Assembly (NCBI GenBank): GCA_963754315.1
Contig: CAVWFS010000016.1
Span: 96,001-160,000, forward strand
Direction of reading: 5' to 3'
DNA from: an uncultured Candidatus Rokubacteria bacterium
GTDB taxonomy: Bacteria; Methylomirabilota; Methylomirabilia; Rokubacteriales; CSP1-6
DNA length: 64,000 nucleotides
Of the stretch, positions 60,547 through 64,000 are shown one piece after another (within the stretch, counting starts at the first letter, position 1; every line of letters starts with the position of its first letter). A program made the position numbers and the translations under genes. The notes beneath the pieces are model-generated. The model ran no database searches. It was not told where the DNA came from and saw only the letters and a list, made by a program, of their open reading frames with translations.

Positions 60547-61400
60547 CGGGTGCCGAAGAGCCCGGCCGGCCGGACGGCCAGGATCACGGCCATGGGCGCG
60601 AAGATCGTGAAGAGCGCCAGTTCGGGGAACAGGACCTTGCCGAAGTTGTCCAGGCAACCGACCAGAAGGCCTCCCACGAACGCGCCCTTGAGGCTGCCCA
60701 GGCCGCCGATGATCACCACCACGAAGGCCAGCAGCAGAATTTCGAAATCGGCGCCGGGATACACGCCCAGCACGGGGCCGGCCATGATGCCGCCCAGCGC
60801 CGCCAGCGCGGCGCCGACGGCGAACACCAGGGTGCTCAGCAGCGAGACGTTGATGCCGGTGGCGCGGGCGATCTCCGCGTCATCGATGGCGGCGCGCACC
60901 ATGGCTCCGAGCTTCGTCCGTTCCTGGAGGAACCAGAGAACTACCCCGATCACCGTGCCCACGATGATCAGAAACAGGCGGTAGGTGGGAAAGACGAGCA
61001 GCCCCAGCCGCACCGACGCGGACAGAGCGTCAGGCTTGGGCAGGGACTGCGGTGTGCCCCCCCAGGTCCACAGCGCCACATCGCCGACGATGAGGAGGCA
61101 GCCGAACGTGAGCAGCGCCTGGGGTAACTCCTCGTGGGGCGGGAGCCGGCGGAGAAGGAATCGCTCCATCACCACGCCGAGCGCCACCACCACCGCCACC
61201 CCAGCCAGGACGGCCAGGGACAGGCTGCCCGTCCCCTCGACCACCGACAGCGCCACGTAGGCGCCGAGCAGGTAATAGGAGCCGTGGGCGAGATTGAGGA
61301 TGCGCATGAGGCCGAAAATCAGCGAGAGCCCGGCCGCGAGCAAGAAGAGGAGCATCCCGAAGGAAAGTCCGTTGAGGAGCTGGAGAAACCAAAAGGTCAC
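60543..61400 (-). CDS. livH: Branched-chain amino acid ABC permease
   Basis: NLAHG, GGLGSLKG and RPAGLFG. Confidence 0.9.
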   Translation of the reverse strand: MTFWFLQLLNGLSFGMLLFLLAAGLSLIFGLMRILNLAHGSYYLLGAYVALSVVEGTGSLSLAVLAGVAVVVALGVVMERFLLRRLPPHEELPQALLTFGCLLIVGDVALWTWGGTPQSLPKPDALSASVRLGLLVFPTYRLFLIIVGTVIGVVLWFLQERTKLGAMVRAAIDDAEIARATGINVSLLSTLVFAVGAALAALGGIMAGPVLGVYPGADFEILLLAFVVVIIGGLGSLKGAFVGGLLVGCLDNFGKVLFPELALFTIFAPMAVILAVRPAGLFGTR

Positions 61401-61420
61401 GCGTCCTCGTCAGGGCCCTG

Positions 61421-62530
61421 TCACGCGCGTTGCAGTTCGGGCAGGACCCGGCTGGCAAACAGGCGAATGTTCTTGGACGCAAGCTCGTGCGGCATGCTGC
61501 CGAAATGCAAGAGCGCGATGAAGACACCGACCCCGAGCGCGCGCGTCTGGGCCTGGATCTCGCGGATCACGTAGTCGGGATCGCCGATGACGGTGAGACC
61601 TTCCTTCTGGCACAGGTCGAAGTCGAACTCGTAAAAAGGAATGTCTTCCGCCCGCTGCACCACCGCTGGCCGCGGCGGTGGCGACCCGCCCATGATCTTC
61701 ATGGAGCCGCGGTGGTAGGAGAGCAGCCGCTGCCAGAAATAGTCGAGGTGCGGCTCTGCTTCCAGCCGTGCGCGCTCGTTCGTCTCCGCCACGTAGACAT
61801 TTCGCACGAGCAGACAGTGCTCGGGAGTGGGCGTCCAGCCGTGCTCGGCGGCGAGCACCCGGAAGCGATCGAGGGTCGCCTTTGTCCTGGCCAGCGACCG
61901 ATAGGCGGTACCGGTCGGCACCCGCCGGCGGGCGGCGATGGCGAGCCCATCGTCGCTGTCGGCCGGGAGGACGATAGGAGGATGAGGTTGCTGGATCGGT
62001 CGAGGCCAGATCACGACACGGTCGTAATTGAAGTACTTGCCACGCCAGGCGAACGGCTCGCGCTCGGTCCAGGCCTTCACGATGAGATCCCAGGCCTCTT
62101 CCAGCCGGGCGCGGGCGTCCTCCAGCGGAACGCTCAGGGCCAGAAACTCCTGGGGTACGCCGCGGACGAAGCCTGAGATGACCCGGCCGCCGGACATCAC
62201 GTCCAGCATGGCCACCTCCTCGGCCAGCCGTACCGGGTGGGCATGCAGGGCGGGAAGATTTCCGAAGATGGCGATCTTGATACGGCGCGTGCGTTGGGTG
62301 AGGGCGGCGGCAATGATGTTCGGCGAGGGCATGAGCCCGTACGGTTTGGCGTGGTGCTCGTTGATGCAGATCGCGTCGAAGCCGTACTCCTCGTACAGGT
62401 CCATCTGCCGCAGGTGCTCGTCATAGATCTGGTGGCCCCGCAGAGGATCGTAGAGGTCGTTCGGATCGGGATAATGGGAAGGCTTCTCGAGGTACGGCCA
62501 GGGCATGAGATCGAAGGCGTAGACTTTCAC
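61421..62530 (-). CDS. LLM-class flavin-dependent oxidoreductase/monooxygenase
   Basis: NEHH..YGLMPSPN, PVRLAEEVAMLD..SGGR..SGFVRG and WPRPIQQPHPP. Confidence 0.92.
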   Translation of the reverse strand: MKVYAFDLMPWPYLEKPSHYPDPNDLYDPLRGHQIYDEHLRQMDLYEEYGFDAICINEHHAKPYGLMPSPNIIAAALTQRTRRIKIAIFGNLPALHAHPVRLAEEVAMLDVMSGGRVISGFVRGVPQEFLALSVPLEDARARLEEAWDLIVKAWTEREPFAWRGKYFNYDRVVIWPRPIQQPHPPIVLPADSDDGLAIAARRRVPTGTAYRSLARTKATLDRFRVLAAEHGWTPTPEHCLLVRNVYVAETNERARLEAEPHLDYFWQRLLSYHRGSMKIMGGSPPPRPAVVQRAEDIPFYEFDFDLCQKEGLTVIGDPDYVIREIQAQTRALGVGVFIALLHFGSMPHELASKNIRLFASRVLPELQRA

Positions 62531-63216
62531 TTCAGGTGCCGATCGAAGAACTCGATCGTCCGTTTCCACGCCAGCTCGGCCGCCGGCGCGTTATATTCGG
62601 CGATCGGGAGCTTCTTGTCCCCGACCAACGTCTCGTTGGCGAAGGCGTGCTTGGCCTGATAGCGGTGAAACTCGAATCGCACATTGGCCGCGCGGAGCTT
62701 TTCCTCCAGGGTATTCACGGTCGCGATCGGGAATGGCACGTCTTCGATCGCGTAGTGTCCCAGCAGGGGCGCCTTGATTTTCGTGGCATCGATGTACTCG
62801 AGTGGCGGAAAGCCGTACCAGACGACGCCGGCGTCGGCCTCGGGCACGTTGACGACCGCGAGGAGCGTCAACGCCCCGCCCAGGCAGAAGCCGGTGACGC
62901 CGACCTTGCGGCTCTGCCCTTTCAAATGCTGGACCGCGCCCCGCACATCTTGGCCGGCCGCGTCGCCGAAGTTGAGATTGCTCATCAGATGCTCGGCTTC
63001 CTTCGCCTCGACCGTGACCTTGCCGCGGTAGAGGTCCGGCACCAGCGCTCGGTAGCCGGCCCCGGCCATGCGGTCGGCCACGCCCCTGATCTGGGCATTC
63101 AGCCCCCACCATTCCTGGATCACCACGACCCCCGGCGCGCTCCCGGCGGCTGGCTCCGCCAAGTAGCCCTGCACGCTCTGTCCATCCGGCCGCCTGAAGC
63201 TGATCATCTGGCCCAT
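62527..63216 (-). CDS. Dienelactone hydrolase family protein
   Basis: IQEWWGLN, GFCLGG and HAFAN; stop overlaps the LLM GTG. Confidence 0.92.
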   Translation of the reverse strand: MGQMISFRRPDGQSVQGYLAEPAAGSAPGVVVIQEWWGLNAQIRGVADRMAGAGYRALVPDLYRGKVTVEAKEAEHLMSNLNFGDAAGQDVRGAVQHLKGQSRKVGVTGFCLGGALTLLAVVNVPEADAGVVWYGFPPLEYIDATKIKAPLLGHYAIEDVPFPIATVNTLEEKLRAANVRFEFHRYQAKHAFANETLVGDKKLPIAEYNAPAAELAWKRTIEFFDRHLK

Positions 63217-63269
63217 GGCTCACCCCCTGCGGGACTTGTCCGGCCCTCCTATGTTACATAGAGGAGCGT

Positions 63270-63914
63270 ATGTCTTCAGGCGCGACCGTGCGGTACTACG
63301 ACATCTCCCTGAATCTCTCGAGTGAGACAGTTCGCTGGGTGGCAGCGCCAGCCCTGGAGTTCGTGGAGCGTCGACGCATCAACCGGGGCGATGCAACCAA
63401 CGCGTCGGCCGTCACGATGAGCGTTCACTCGGGAACGCACGTGGACGCGCCCTTTCACTTCGTCCCGGACGGCGCGACCATCGACCTGCTGCCGCTCGAG
63501 ATGTTCATCGGCCCCGCCCTGGTGCACGCGGTGGACGCCGAACGCTACATAACCGAAGAGCACGTGAACACAATCGAGCTGGGTGGGGTCACCCGCGTTC
63601 TCTTCAAGACGCGCAACTCCAACTTGCTTCGTCAGCCCACCTACGACCCGGATTTCGTCGCCTTCTCTCTGGGGGCAGCGCGCGCCCTCGTGAATCGCGG
63701 CGTTCGCCTGGTTGGTCTCGACTATCTCTCGGTGGCGCATGCGGACGAGCAGGTACCGGTGCACCGCGCGTTCCTCGACCACGGCGTGATCCTCCTCGAA
63801 GGCATCGACCTGCTGGCGATCGAGCCCGGGCGCTACGAGCTGATCTGTTTTCCTCTCCGCCTGCGCGGCTCGGACGGTGCGCCGTGTCGCGCTGTGCTGC
63901 GCGATCTGGCCTGA
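63270..63914 (+). CDS. Cyclase family metal hydrolase (kynurenine formamidase-like)
   Basis: HSGTHVDAPFHF, VGLDYLSV and GSDGAPCRAVL. Confidence 0.9.
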   Translation: MSSGATVRYYDISLNLSSETVRWVAAPALEFVERRRINRGDATNASAVTMSVHSGTHVDAPFHFVPDGATIDLLPLEMFIGPALVHAVDAERYITEEHVNTIELGGVTRVLFKTRNSNLLRQPTYDPDFVAFSLGAARALVNRGVRLVGLDYLSVAHADEQVPVHRAFLDHGVILLEGIDLLAIEPGRYELICFPLRLRGSDGAPCRAVLRDLA

Positions 63915-63929
63915 TCGTCGATCGCGCCT

Positions 63930-64000
63930 TCACGGTGCGCGGCGGTAGATCAGGCGGCCGCCGCGGAACGTGTAGCGGACCCGACCCAGGGCGCGAATGT
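63930..64000 (-). CDS. C-terminus of a probable amidohydrolase family protein (partial)
   Basis: ..IRALGRVRYTFRGGRLIYRRAP*, a typical amidohydrolase C-terminal strand. Confidence 0.45.
   Translation of the reverse strand, partial: IRALGRVRYTFRGGRLIYRRAP

Overview
High-GC, gene-dense bacterial chromosomal window. The gene content (many ABC/TRAP/Bug substrate-binding proteins, five luciferase-like LLM oxidoreductases, many TA modules, a GC-rich double-hairpin intergenic element) suggests an uncultured soil lineage such as Ca. Rokubacteria/Methylomirabilota; this is an inference. Main blocks: (1) catabolic and uptake operons: a sugar ABC system with a Gfo/Idh/MocA oxidoreductase; hydrolase-LLM-SBP-flavin reductase; a polyamine-type ABC system; carbamoylase-cyclic amidohydrolase-LLM-peptide ABC-HAD; a NitT/TauT ABC system; LLM-SDR-enolase-like; TRAP; and dienelactone hydrolase-LLM-Liv ABC opposite a cyclase gene. 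(2) A convergent LigC and Prim-PolC DNA repair pair. (3) Five apparently complete toxin-antitoxin modules (four VapBC-type, one MntA-HepT), one broken Phd-VapC module, an MNT stub and a Uma2 nuclease; several have clear operator palindromes and two VapC genes appear to start at CTG. (4) A probable Tat-exported heme peroxidase behind a sigma54-like promoter with two upstream palindromes, facing a TIR remnant and an HmuY-family gene. About ten genes carry single-base frameshifts, most likely long-read assembly errors. No rRNA, tRNA, CRISPR array, transposase or integrase was recognised. No single clearly novel system can be proven from sequence alone; the best candidates are the nucleobase-analogue catabolic operon and the peroxidase locus.
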